The position numbers were made by a program, and so were the translations under genes. Positions 35,131 through 47,984 of a stretch of 64,000 nucleotides of DNA are shown here, one piece after another. Source of the stretch: Camelus ferus (lineage: Eukaryota); NCBI RefSeq assembly GCF_009834535.1, contig NC_045697.1, positions 111,726,001 to 111,790,000 of the forward strand, written 5' to 3'. The notes beneath the pieces were generated by a model that saw only the letters and a program-made list of their open reading frames with translations, made no database searches and was not told the origin of the DNA. Position 1 is the first letter of the stretch. Each line of letters opens with the position of its first letter.

Positions 35131-37218
35131 AAAAGAAAAACGTTCATCTTCTTCCTTGAATGGACAGCCATCCAGATGGAGGAAATCCTTAAACCATGTA
35201 GTTCGTGTCTCTCTCCATTTTCTGGACTGTTAGTTCTCTAGTGGTGGGGATTCCAGATGGAATCTGTGCATCCAGGGTTCTCGTTCAATGCCCCACCTGC
35301 AATTAGAGCTCATAAAAAGTCTGATACATGAGTAACTAAATGAGATGCCTTGTTAGGAGATCAGGAAGCAGGCAGGGTTAGAAATGCACATCTGACAGTC
35401 TTCAACCTCTTGTGAATCAAGTTACCAGGAGCAACAGGCAGAACATGTCAGAATTCTCAGTCTCCCAACTGAGAGGTTTGCTCTCAGGCACGCAAGGAAG
35501 ACTGGACCTGCTGCCCCGCCCACGCTCCTCCCCCAAGGCTGTGTGATGGGGGCTGTAACTGTGCGGTGGACCCTATTCTGCCTGGGAGCCTTGGACCGAA
35601 GAACCAAAGATGCCAACTGAGAAGAGAGCTAGGGAAGGAAGGCAGGGAATCACCCACATCTGGAGACACTTAGAAAGGGATGCAAGCAAATGACAAACGG
35701 CTTCTTGTTGAGAAGAGAGGAGACAAAGGAAAAGATTCTTTAAGTCTCTGGGTTCAGAAGGTATGCTTACTGTGGGAATAGCTGTTTTCGGAATGCAGTG
35801 CAGTGGGTAAAATAACCAGGCTTCTGCGTCTTTGCCTTCTCCACTGCGTCTAGTTTCCCTCCCATGTTACAGATGAGAGAAAGATCATTGCTTGAAATAG
35901 AATTAGTTGATCTGTACTTTGTTCTTTCCAAGTTCCAGGCACTGTTTTATGTACTTTGCTTGTATTAAATTACTTAATTGTCATGGCGTTAATATTACAG
36001 CCAGCCATGAACTCAATCACCTTGTAAGTGGTTGATTCAAACCAATGACCTGCTTACAATGCTTAGGGGTTTTTTTGTTGTTGCTGTTTTTTCACAAAAT
36101 TATGTAACATCTTGATTATCATTCCCTTAAGATTGAACCAGAAAATTGTGTGTGTGTGTGTGTGTGTGTGCATGTGTGCTTGTGTAACGTCCTTGAAAGC
36201 ACTGAGGATAGATTCATGTATAACACACTGGTTCATTTTTCTGGTTGAGGGATCACCATTTCAAGACCCTTTGTCAATTAGGTGATCTCAGCGTATTTCA
36301 AAGGGCCATGTGCCTTGCTCTCTTGTGTCAAAAAGCCCTTTTGGGATTTGATCTACTCTGGCGGCTTACTTAATTCTGCACTGAGATTCCCACCCACTAC
36401 CTCTTGCCATGACCTGACCAGTAAATGTCAGGATCTCTGTGTACTGAGCTCCTTTGCCTGGCTCTCTCGGTGAAATCCAATGTGATAGCCCAATGTGACC
36501 AATATTTACCTTCAGTTTCTTCCCAGACTACTCTTCCGTGGCCTTTCGTATCTCTGAATGGGCAGCTCAAATCACCCAAACATCCAAGCCATGAGCCAGG
36601 AGCCTCCTTCCACTGGCTCCCTCTTTATAGCCAGTCAGTCACCCATTTGTATATGTCCACTGTGGAATCCACTCACTTCAGCCCAGGTCAGGTCCACAGC
36701 ATTTCTCATCTGTCCTAGTACAGTAGCTTTCCTTGGGGCCTCCCAGCATCCCTGTCCCACCAGCCCTTGTGGAAAAATGTCAACAGAAATATCTAAGATT
36801 CCATGCTCCTGGGTTTGGGATAGGAACCCACTGATCTTTGTTTGAGTCTCCTTTGCAACATCGATCACGCACACCACGCAGAAACCGGAAACTGGACTTC
36901 TTCTGAAGACACCTGTGTTCCTCACTGGAGGCACTTTTCTTAGTGCAGTTTTACTGGGGCATCTTAGATAGTCTCCCTTTTTTTCTAGTGCTTCAGATGG
37001 GGACTAGGGAACTCAACCATTGAATAAGCTTCACAAAACTCTTCCTGGTCCCTGGGGTATTCTGTTCTTGCACCCAGATACCTGTAGGTCCACGAATGGC
37101 CGTGCAGGTACAGTAACATGTTCTAAGTGTGTTTGAAAGTGCTTCAAATACTCTGACAGTCACTGCCTACACTCTAGTGATGAAAGAGAGTACTCCTTAT
37201 CTAAAGTGAGACCTGGGT

Positions 37219-37360
37219 GGGGAGGACACAGCTCAACTGGTACAGTCTGCGCTCAGGATGCACAAGGTCCTGGGTTCAATCCGCAGTACCGCCTCTAAAA
37301 ATAAATAAATAAATAAACCTAATAACCTCCCCTCGCCAATAAAATGTATCATAAAAATAA
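37219..37360 (+). mobile_element. tRNA-derived SINE (Vic-1-like)
   Basis: tRNA-like head and (AAAT)n tail, flanked by the near-direct repeat aaa(g/a)tgagacctgg. Confidence 0.78.
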
Positions 37361-39219
37361 AATGAGACCTGGCCAAAAAGGTAGAGATTTAAGGTCAGAG
37401 CAGCTGTCTTCAGGACAGCTGGGAAATTAAGGGTGTGGGGTGATGCCAGTACTGGAGACAGAGCTCTAGCCTGGCAAGAACAGTGGTGTGTTGAGCACCC
37501 CCTCTAGGCCAAGGCCATGGCCACACAGCTAGTAAGTGTGAATCAGGAGTTCAATCTATTTCTTTACATAACATCACATCATTAAAATATAGTCACAGAT
37601 ACCAGACCTAGGAATTCTGCTGGATTTTTTTTCTTGAACCTACAGATTATCATACTAAGTCAAGTAAGTCAGACAGAGAAAGACAAATATTTTATGATAT
37701 GACTTACAAGTGGAACCTAAAAAAAATGATACAAAGGAAATTATTTACAAAACAGAAACAATCTGACAGAAATAGAAAAGGGAATTATAGTTGCCTAAGA
37801 GGAAAGGGGGAGGAGGAATCATGTACAATTTGGATTAAAAGGTAAAATTTCTAGAAATGGAATTTCTGATGCAAACCGAAGGAAAACCTGAAGGGCTTTT
37901 ACCCTACAGAACTCCTGTACCAATGTACAGCCCCAGCAGCAGGATGTGAGTGTCTGTTCAAACTCTGCCACTCTGGGTGTCATTTAAAAAATACCTTTTG
38001 AACAGAATCACAGACATGGAAAACAAATTTATGGCTACCAGTGGGGAAAGGGGGTGGGGAGGGATAAATTGGGAGTTAAAGAGTTGTAGATACTAACTAC
38101 TATATATAAAATAGATAATCAAGGGGGACCTACTATATAGCACAGGGAACTATACTCAGTATAACATGATAACCTCGAGTGGAAAAGAATCTGAAAAAGA
38201 ATACATTATATATATATATATATATAAGAATACATTTTATCTATATATATAAAACTGAATCACTTTGCTGTACATCTAAAATATTATAAAATTAAAATTA
38301 AAAAAATTTCATTAGGTGGATTTGTCTAGAAAGGGAAACAGGCGAGGAGGCCACCACATGGCACTTCCACGCGGGGAGACTTTTCTGGCATTGGCACCAT
38401 CTCATTGTTCCCTGAAACACTTTTAAGCAGGATGGCTCTGGAGTGCAGGCCTGTGTGCTCCTGAGTGAGAAAACCTTCCTGCTGTCCTCGGAGTGTATGG
38501 CTGTCCTCGCGGACACCAGGGGAACCTTCCCTCTGGGCCCATCGCCCTCCGCGGGGACCACAGCTGCCCGCCTGTGGGGAAGGTGCTGGGATCCTCGGGT
38601 CCCACGCTGAGGGTCAGAGTGCACGGACAGGAGCGCTCCACAGGTGTGATGGTGACACAGGAGGGACTGGGCTGTCAGGGAGGGGACGCCATGGAGGCGG
38701 TCCTAATACAGTAACTTAGTCTTCTAGGAACACAGAGATTTGAGAAGGGTCAGATCCGGAGGCGGACACTCAGGATTACTGAGGAACCCACAGAACGTCA
38801 GCGTCACCAGTGGGACTTCCTAAAACTACATTCAAGGCCTCCTCAAGGCAAACTTCTGATTCACTGCATCCAGGGCCTCCTGCTCTGCTGCCTGTGCTGG
38901 CGACTCCCTGGCACAGTCCCTCCCCAACCCGCTCCAGCACCCCCAAGAGCCCCCACCATCTGAAGGGGAGGGGCTGCTCCTGAGAGCTTGTCTGCTGCCT
39001 GGGGGTCTGCCACGTGGACAACTGCAGAAAGCCCTTGGAAATGCACAAAGCAGAGATGAGGCCAGACTCCAGAAACACCTCTTTCCAGGGGCAGATGGAA
39101 TTCCAACAAGCTCTGAAGGGACAGGCCAAGACTGCTGAGCAATTTCACTGGAGAGAAGCAAAGCCAGGACTTTCCAAAGTATTGGATGGTGTCATAAACT
39201 AGATCTCTGATGGAATTAG

Positions 39220-39575
39220 CTAGAGGGGATTAAGGTAGGCGTGTCCCCCAGCATCCACGGACAGAAGATGCAATCAGAGACGAAGATGAGAGGTTCCCAA
39301 GGCTGATTGCATCCGAGCTCTGTCCAATGGGAGTGAAGGAGAGGACCCTCCCTCCAGGCTTATAAAGCCCAAGGGGCCACACTCTGGCCCCAGTGTGAAC
39401 TGAGAACGCTGGCTTTGTCGGGTGCTCAGACCTGCATCGAGGAAGGTCATCTGCTCTGAGAGGAAGAGAGGAGCCCAGAGTCCTGGTGGGGTGGGTGGAG
39501 ACTGCGCCCGGGCCTTAAGGACACAGAGCAGCTCCCCCAACACAGAGCCAGGACCCAGGAGCTGGGCAGGTGAGA
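39220..39575 (+). promoter_or_regulatory. Predicted promoter and non-coding exon 1 of copy B
   Basis: GGATTA 39227, CCAAT 39324-39328, TATAAA 39361-39366, donor CAG|GTGAGA at 39569/39570. Acceptor AG ends at 47583. Confidence 0.6.
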
Positions 39576-40840
39576 GCAACTCAAATTCCGGGGTGGGGGG
39601 GGGGCGGGGACGGAATCCCCTGGGGGCCTGAGTCGGGACAACCGAGCTGCCCTGGGTGCTGGGTGATCCCACCATGGTAGGGGTTGGGGGATGCCGGCCA
39701 AGCTGGGGTGGCCTGGGAGGTCTGAGGGTGGGAGGTGCTTACTGGATTCGTTAACAACAGACTCCTGCCAGCTGAGTGGGTGATTCCCTGTGTGCAGAGG
39801 AGGACTGGGTTGGGGGAGGGAAGCTCCAGCTGTGGGTGTGGTTGTGGCCTGACCTCTGCCTCTCACCTGGACCACACCTGCGGGAGCCGTGGGCCACTCC
39901 CAGGGCCTCCTGCCTGGGGAGCCCTTGTGCCAGGCACCGTGCTCACTGCTGTTCTATTTTCTTTCTCAATATGTGGACTCACTACTTAAGGTTTTATGTA
40001 CCTACATGTGTGGTTACTTTATGGAACAGAAATACTTGCTGGCTTTTTCATAAGGACATATACACACAGTTTCCTTTTATGTTGTAATCAACTTCCTGGA
40101 ATTTCTTTTGGTGATAATCACACTGGATTTTAGGTCTTCCAGGGAATTCAACATGATTTTGTTGACTGTTAATGTAGTTTTGAGAACTGTGTTGAGAATA
40201 GTCAGGAAATCTATAATTCAGCAACCCAAATGAGGACCAGAAGTAATACAAACACCCTGAAATTCTGTGTCACACCAGTTTCTTGCTGTTCAAAACCAAA
40301 CTATTCCAGGAGGCCTTGTCATATCTGTACTTAGGCCCACACACAAATGAGAGGGAAGATGAGGACAGTTCCCCATCTTCCCTGTGTCCCTGAAAGGGTG
40401 GGGGACCCAGGAAGCGCCCTGAATGGCCCCGGCTCTGAGACCAGGCCTGGACGCTGCCCCCCAGCATCCGAGCACATGGACCCTCTGCTGCCTCCATCTC
40501 CCTTCAGTCTCAACCTGGGAGATTTGGGGAGGTTAGTGGAGTTGGCGGGGGAGGCAAGGGGGTTGGAATGGGAGGAGAGCCGGGCAGATGTGAATCAGCT
40601 GTGAGAAACAGGAGACGGATCCTCAAGGATCAGAGATCCCCGACATGGAAGGGAAGCTCAAAGAGGAGGGGAGAGGGACGTGGAAGCCAACCCCTGGCAT
40701 CTGAAGATTCATCTGTGAAGATGTCCTTATGTGTCACCTGGAAGATATTTTTCAATGAAGGTGTCTAATACCGTGGTTACCACTTAAGATAATTATCTAA
40801 TGTTTTTATAGCATCAGATAGACACCTTCCAAAATGGAGT

Positions 40841-43800
40841 TGTTACTGGACCCTTTCCAGATTCTTGGAGAGCAATGCCATAAAAATGAATATCATTTCC
40901 ACAAGACTCTTAGACAAGCAAAGGTTTTTATTATAAGTGATCACTTCTGCACAAGGGAGAAGGCAGGGAAAGCGTGTCTACTCTGGTAGGAGAAGGGGTA
41001 AGAGTTGGTTTTATAACAAAATGGGTGGGGGCTGTCTCATGATCAGTGATCATTTCCAGAAATAATCAAAGCTCTTTGCTCAGCAGTAGGTGGCTCCTGC
41101 AGACCATCAGGACCAGGGAGCACTTCTGGGAGGGGAAAGGAATGCGTCAGAACGTTCTCCAAGAAAACACAGGAGCAGACAAGGTTAGAAGTTGCAGTTG
41201 AGCTTCTGGTCTTGCGGCAGTTAGGTACACTCCTGAGTGTAACTGAGATAAGGTTAATCTTTTAATCCTTTTTTCTTCTTCTGGGACTCATGCCCCAGGG
41301 CTTTTGATTTTTAGCCTGCAAAGTGGGTTTTTCCAAGACCATCTGGGGTCCTTTTCCAAAACGGCTGTGCTCTGACTTCCTGTCTCTTTCCCCACAGACT
41401 TTATGTCCCGTCATTTTTGTTTTCATTCTTAAACTGTATTTATGTATTTATTTTACAATATCATATTTTTAAATTGAAGTATAGCTGATGTACGACATTA
41501 TATGTTACAGGTATACAGTGTAGTAATTCACAAGTTTTAAAGGTTATACCCCATTTGTAGTTATTATGAAATATTGGCTGTGTTCCCCATGTTGTACAGC
41601 ACAGCCTTGAGGCTTATTTTACACCTGATACTCTGTACCCCTCAATCCTCCACCTCCATCTTGCCCCCCCCTTCCCTCTCCCCACTGGTAACCACTAGTT
41701 TCTTCTCTACATCTGTGAGTCTGTTTCTTTTCTGTTATATTCACTAGTTTGCTGTATGTTTTTAGATTCCACATGTAAGTGGTATCTTACACTATGTGTC
41801 TCTATGTCCCCTCATTCTTAAGGGATCGTTGGAGGCCGCAGGTGGGTCTTCTGCAGTGGCATCAAGGCTGACTTAGGGCCTGGGTGCTACCTGACAGGAA
41901 GCAGACAAGTCTCTAACTACCTGGCTTGGATGAGGCCGGGGCTGGGCCACATAGAATATTTGAAATCTCCTGGGATTCTTTGGTAAAACAGGCCTTGTCT
42001 ATATCCTATACAACATTTACACCTAGCTCTACAAACCAGGGCAACTACACAGAAGACAAGAATCCTAAGTTCAGGTCCCACTGACACGGCTCCTCGAGTC
42101 AGAACACAGCCACCCAGAAGGTCCCCTGCCAGCACTGTCGTGCTCTTTAGTGAGGCCAGTTACATGCTTTCCCCCTTGATTTACTGTAAACAAGTGGTAT
42201 TTCTTGTGTTATTTCTGAACAGTGGTGGTGTTTCTTGGACTAACAACCTGAAGTGTTTTTCTGGCCATTGAGCCTCCATTAGACTGATTTCCAGAAGTAG
42301 AGACAAACTGGTTTCTAGAAATAGCTTGTCTTTCAGCATCTAGGCTGTTAAAAGTCTTACTCACTTGGAACAAAAAAGGTTTCCCGTGGGCTGAGTGCTG
42401 TAGCAGATTCTTGTCCTTCTGACATTAACAGTTTTATTTTTATAAGTCAGAGAGCACCACGGTTTCACTGAGCCTGCCTTCCTAGCATAACTGTTCTTTC
42501 CCCATCACCAGATAGCGTTTCGTACTGGAGTCTCCACGATGGGCCAGGCTGGAGTGTCCTCTGAGCCCTACTGTGTTTAGGGTACAACCAAATACTGCTT
42601 TTCAGGGTGGAGCTGAGCACTGACTGGCATCCAGATTTGGGGTTCAGTCTTACCTAACAGAAGCCAGGGGCTCCCCATGGGGAGTATGCATTGTTTTTGA
42701 ACTGTATTTCCTGTTTCAACCAACAGTACCACTGGGTATAGCCGCTTTTAACTAATTCAGGGAACTGAATTACTCAGGGCGCAAAAATGAAGGTTCCAGT
42801 TACCAGTTATCCCATAGTCTTGGGGGACAGTAAGTCTCCCAGGTGAGTCTCTGGCCTTCCGAGGCTGGTAGGGTGGACCATTGTTTGGGTGTCACTTCTG
42901 ATTTTATAGGTACCTTGTGGCCATAAGGTTGCAGTTGGCAGTTGCTAGCAGATACTGTTCTGAGAACAGTTGGTGGTGTCCTTAAATGTGCTGTAGCTGA
43001 GAAATTCAGATTCTCGGTAACACCAGGAAAGTGTGTGAGACCTCGTCCACAGTGGCCATCCAGCTCTATTTTGAATGTTTTAGCCACAGTTACTCTGCTT
43101 TAATTTTTAAATGTACTTTTTCTTTAAATGGTTAAAGCAGATGTACAATGCATGTTTAATTGGCCACAAACAAACTGTTTTGGTTAGTCTAAAGTGACAA
43201 AAGATTTTAAAAGGAATTATAGATCACTTAAAGGCAAAGTAATTGCCAAAATCTGTTATCAAAAGCAGTATTCTAATAAAACTTTGTTCTTTTAACAGAA
43301 AGATAAAACCAAACTCCCGTCTTCTATCAGCTTACTTTTAAGAACACATTTCATTTACCTAATTAAATGCAATCGAATCTTAACCAACGTTGACCATGTA
43401 CAGAACTCTTCTCTCAAGGCTCCTTTTCCACACGCTTTCCATCACTTTTATCCACCTTTAGGATAAAACTATTCCCCTCTTTTTCTCCAACAAATGTATT
43501 TCCACTTTTCACATCTTCTACCATCAACAATATATTTCCTACTTTTTTACACACTGAAATGCTTCCTTTATTGTTTTAGTAACTTCAATTGCACATTATA
43601 ATTTTTAACCCTTAAAAAAAAAAACCTTAATCTCTAGTGAAAACCAAGAAGCAAGCAAATACAACCTGTTTGTCCTGCCAGAATTTCCTGATTAGCAAAC
43701 AACATATTCCATAACCTCTAAAAACATACTTTTATTTCATAGCATAATTTCCCTTTTTAATGTGGTGCCAGTTGCGTGTCTAATAAACCCAAACATCTTT

Positions 43801-46588
43801 AGATTTTTTTTTTCTCTCACAAGAAGGCAAAAGGGGGCAAACTTAAACTTAACAGTAAATGTTTCAATATTTTATCTTAATTAAAATGATCTAGACCTTT
43901 TCTTTTTGATGGCTTAAGTATATTATCTTGATAAAAATGACCCAGGCTTTTTAGGAATTTTGATCAATTAACTTAATTTAGCAAAACTCTCTAAGGTTTC
44001 AAGTTACTAAGAATCTGGAAAAGCTAAAACATTTTTTCTAAACAGTTTATCTAAAAGCTTTTACATTATTTATCTCTATTTTATTACTTAAGACAGTATT
44101 GTCATACTGAGTTAATTTTCTTGCTGGCATTTTTCAACATACATAAAGTGAGTTTATTGACTTTCAGTAAACCTGGGTACAATAAAAGTAATATACTTAA
44201 TAATGATGACTTTAAAGATGTCTGTATTAATTAACAAACCTTAATTCTAATACTAGATAGTAATTTAAATACTGAATATTCACCAGATCATGTGAACCTG
44301 AAATTTATTTTGGTTAATTTTTTTTTTTTTTTGTATTTAGAAATGTTTGATTTGTAAGCCCTTACCTTTTTTTAAAAAATCCAATTGAAAAGAGCTCCTT
44401 TGCAAAACAAATTTCCCTTTTTGTAACAATAAACAACATGCAAATGGAAAGATAAGAAATCATGACCACCCATGTTATGGCAATTTACCTGCAAGGTGTA
44501 AGACCAAAATTAACAGTTGGAATAAGTTAAATTTACTTACTTGAGTTTAAAAAGCCTCTTTCCTGCTTCTTTTCCTTTGGTTTGAAGTTTTACTAAATAA
44601 CCCATTGCTTTACTCTCAGGCAACGTGGGCTGTGCTTATTTTTTAAGGACATGATGAGATCTGTAACTTCAGGGTTTCTCCTAGGAATATTTTTGTTCCC
44701 TCAGGGTCAAAATTATGGGGAAAAAAAGAAGTGTTTTATCAAGCCAAACTTTTTAACCTGTATATACAAAAAGAATCAGTTTTGGGTTTTTTTTTTTTTT
44801 TTTTGCATGCCGAGTTTAAAGAATATTACGGCTACTTAATGTTAAGGAAAAAAGTATCTTCTTCCTAAGCGTAATTAAAGCTCTCCCAGTTTTTGCAAAA
44901 TACACCCTATGGAACAAGAGCAGGATGGAACAGGGCTCTCATTTCCCATTGTTCTTTCAAGAGGCTGGTGTGACCAGAAACAGACAGGTCAGGACTAAAG
45001 CCCTGTTTCTTTCACCCCAGAACTGAAAGCTCTGTGGGCAGCGATGCCTGGTCAGAGGCAGCAGTCAGCACTGTCCCTGAGACAGAAGTGCTCAGGTAGC
45101 TGCTGGACAGAATCCCAGAGCCACTGGCCAGGGGCCAATGCTCCACAGGCAACAGGCCCAATTAACATGGAGCCCAGGACAAAAGTGGTCCCCAGTTACT
45201 CCCAAAGACCTGCTCTAACAAACCCCAGGCCACTGGCCACTGCAGAGAGCACTGCTGCCTCAGACCTTGACCTTCCCATCAATTTTTAACAATATACACT
45301 GTAGACCAGGTCCAATCCCTGCTTCATTATATGTAACAGTCTATACCACTCACTAAGCAGACAAGGAGAGAAATCACAGGAGTACATGGCTCAGAAATGT
45401 TCCCAGGTGGGGAATAACTGATTTTCCCAGAAATAGCAGTGAGCTGAGAGCAGTCTGTAGCCTCTACGGCTCCACTGACTTACATAGTCACAAAGGTCCT
45501 CTCCCCACAAATACTGACTTTGCTTAGAAAAATAGCATTGGGGCTTACAACGTGAAGTCAAACAAGGACAGTCATCCAGGTGCACCACAGTCAAAGAGAC
45601 ATGCAGAGGGGAAGCAATTCCAATGGTGCCTGAACCAACCCCTGGGGATCAGTCTTGGATTTTCAGATTCAGGCCAACCTTCCCAGTCAGCAGAATAGAA
45701 AATTGAAGAGAACAGACCAGACACAACAGAGCAGATGAAGGACTCCCGCCTCCTTGCTAAGAAAAAAAAAAAAAAAAAAAAAAGGGAAAGGAAAAGAAGG
45801 GGAGTAAGAGAAAGAGAAGAAAGGGGAGAAGCCACGCCTGCCTGTGACAGATGGACCAAAGCCAAAGCCCCGGCAGGGTAGCAGCCGCCCCAAGGACACT
45901 GAAACAACAGCGCTTCAGGCAGCTCTGCCCTCTGCCCCAGAAGGAATCTCCTCCTCTGGGATCCCGGGAGCCTGGGGGCCCAGAGAGGTCCTGGCTCAGC
46001 CTCCCTCCTAGAAGGGCTCCCCATCTTACGTCACTAGGCCCTTTCCAGATTCTTGGACAGCAATACCAGAGAAATGACTATCATTTCCACAGGACTCTTA
46101 GGCGAGCAGAGCTTTGTATTAAAAGAGATCCCTTGTGCACAAGGGAAAAGGTGGAAAAACGTTACACCTCCTCGAGCAGAAGGGGCAAGTTTTGCTTTTA
46201 TAACAAAAAGGGAGGGGTTTGTTTCACGATCAGACATTTCCATAATGTGTCAAACTTCTTTGATCAGCACCAGAAGGCTCCCCAGTGACTATCAGGAATG
46301 GGGAGTGTTTCTGTGAGGGGGGAAAGGAGGCATGAGAATTTTCTGCAGGAAAACACAGGGACAAAAGGAACAGGAAATTGATAGTTGAACTTCTTGTCTT
46401 GTGGCAATTATGTGCACTTGTTAGTGTCACAGAGATAAAGTTATTCTTTAAGCCTGTTTCTTTTTTGTTTCTTTGCTTCTAGGACTCAGGCCCCCAGGGC
46501 CTTTGTTCTTGAGCCTAAAGGCATGCTTTGCTCAAATTGCTTCTGGGGTCCTTATCCAAAATGACTGTGCTCTTCTCTTCCTGTCTCA
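40841..46588 (-). mobile_element. Degenerate two-LTR endogenous retrovirus (ERV1/MER4-group-like, non-coding)
   Basis: Diverged direct repeats at 40841-41387 and 46029-46588 (ccctttccagattcttgga...ttcctgtctc). Minus-strand TATA and polyA-like signals; polypurine tract next to 41387; AT-rich internal region; weak env-TM-like remnant at ~41990-42230. No clear TSD. Confidence 0.75.
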
Positions 46589-46879
46589 GAAAGAAAGTAT
46601 TGTTATCAAGTATTTGAAATGGCAGCCAACTCAGGTCAGTTACTTGTAATGGTAGGTCCGGCTTTGGGTTTGCTGTAATCCCAGCGTTTCCCTAAGAGAC
46701 AGAGACAGAAAGGATCTGGACCCTTGGATTAGAGGGAGAGTGTGGCTCACAGAAGGGAGAGGAGCTGGCCTGTTGCCTGGGGCAGGAGCCCACTGGGAAC
46801 AGTGGCTGGTGACCCTTGTGAAACTGTATCCACACAGAATATGTTCAGCCTGTAAAATAACAGATACAGAGTAGAGCAA

Positions 46880-47272
46880 TGTATTCCTTTCCAAGGGATG
46901 CCATGCAGAACACCGCACATAGCTGGGGTGACTTCAACAATAGACACTGATTCTGTCACAATTCTGGAGGCTGGAAGCTGCTGATCAAAGGGCCAGGAGG
47001 TTCACTTACCCCTGAGCCCTGGCTCGGGGGCTCCCAGGGGGCTGCTTCCTGCCTGGGACCTCCTTTCCTCCGTGGGTGCCTGTCCTGGACGTCTCTTCCA
47101 AGGTGACCAGTCAGTGTTGAACTAGGGCCTCTCCCCAGCAGCCTCATTTTAACTTAATCAACATTTTACAGCCCTTCTCACCACAGAGTCCCATTCCGAT
47201 GTGCTGAGATTTACAGATTCAATATAGGAACTGTGCATGGGGGGAGGGGAGGACACACGGTTCAGCCAACAT
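46880..47272 (-). mobile_element. MaLR (MLT1-like) LTR
   Basis: cacaattctggaggctggaag...cctcattttaacttaatca...ggacacacggttcagcc is the reverse of MLT1 consensus motifs. Confidence 0.7.
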
Positions 47273-47984
47273 GTCCCATGTTCACATCCAGTGAGTCTCC
47301 CCCACCCTTCCCTGCTCCTCCTCACTGTGAAGCCGGTCCTGGTATCACAGGGTTTTATATGTAAACAGTGTACTGTGTAGCTTTCCTGTTGAGTCTCTTT
47401 TCATTAACAAAATCACATTAATTAACCATTACCAGGCTCTGCTGTCCTAACTGACTACAGTTGCTTTTTGTTTGGAAATGTATGTATTTGAATCCAGGAA
47501 AAAAAAAAAAAAAACTGGTAAAACACTGTCGATTATGTACATGCTGTTTATCCCTTTAATGCGTGTTCTTTCCCCCGTGTTAGCATTTTCTGGAAGGAGC
47601 TGCTGAGCTGTGCGGAGACTGGCCCACGTCTGGATGTGCTGACTGGCCCACGCTGGGGATCCTCACGGCCACCTGGAGCTGGGCTGTCCCTGAAGGAGAG
47701 GACGACCTCTCAGGCCTCGATTTCCGGCCACCGAGTGAAAGGGACCAAGGTGCCCAAGGCAGCGGAGGCTCCTGGGGCTCCGGGCCCTGCGGCTGCGGCT
47801 GTGGAGGTGAAGGAAGGGGCAGGACTCGGCCCCACTGCACACAGCTCCCTGGGTCCTGGGAGACCCAAGGGCGGGCGTGAAGGCCAGAGAGAAGGTGACG
47901 GGTCGGAAGCTTGTCCCTGTCCCAGCCCCTGGAGAGCCGGGCTTTTCTGAGGGCGTCTCCCCTGACAGGACCCCTCCCGGCACG

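Noticed and set aside
36147..36185. (TG)n microsatellite, also the (GCTGTGA)3 repeat at ~25540
   Set aside because: Ordinary simple repeats with nothing else suggesting function.
41917..42240. Possible co-opted env gene in the ERV
   Set aside because: Only short, stop-interrupted TM-like fragments; no long ORF.
47877..47984. 36-aa N-terminal extension of copy B (and 31130-31237 in copy A)
   Set aside because: GTG start from the ORF caller; the ATG at 47985/31238 has a good Kozak context and matches the family start.
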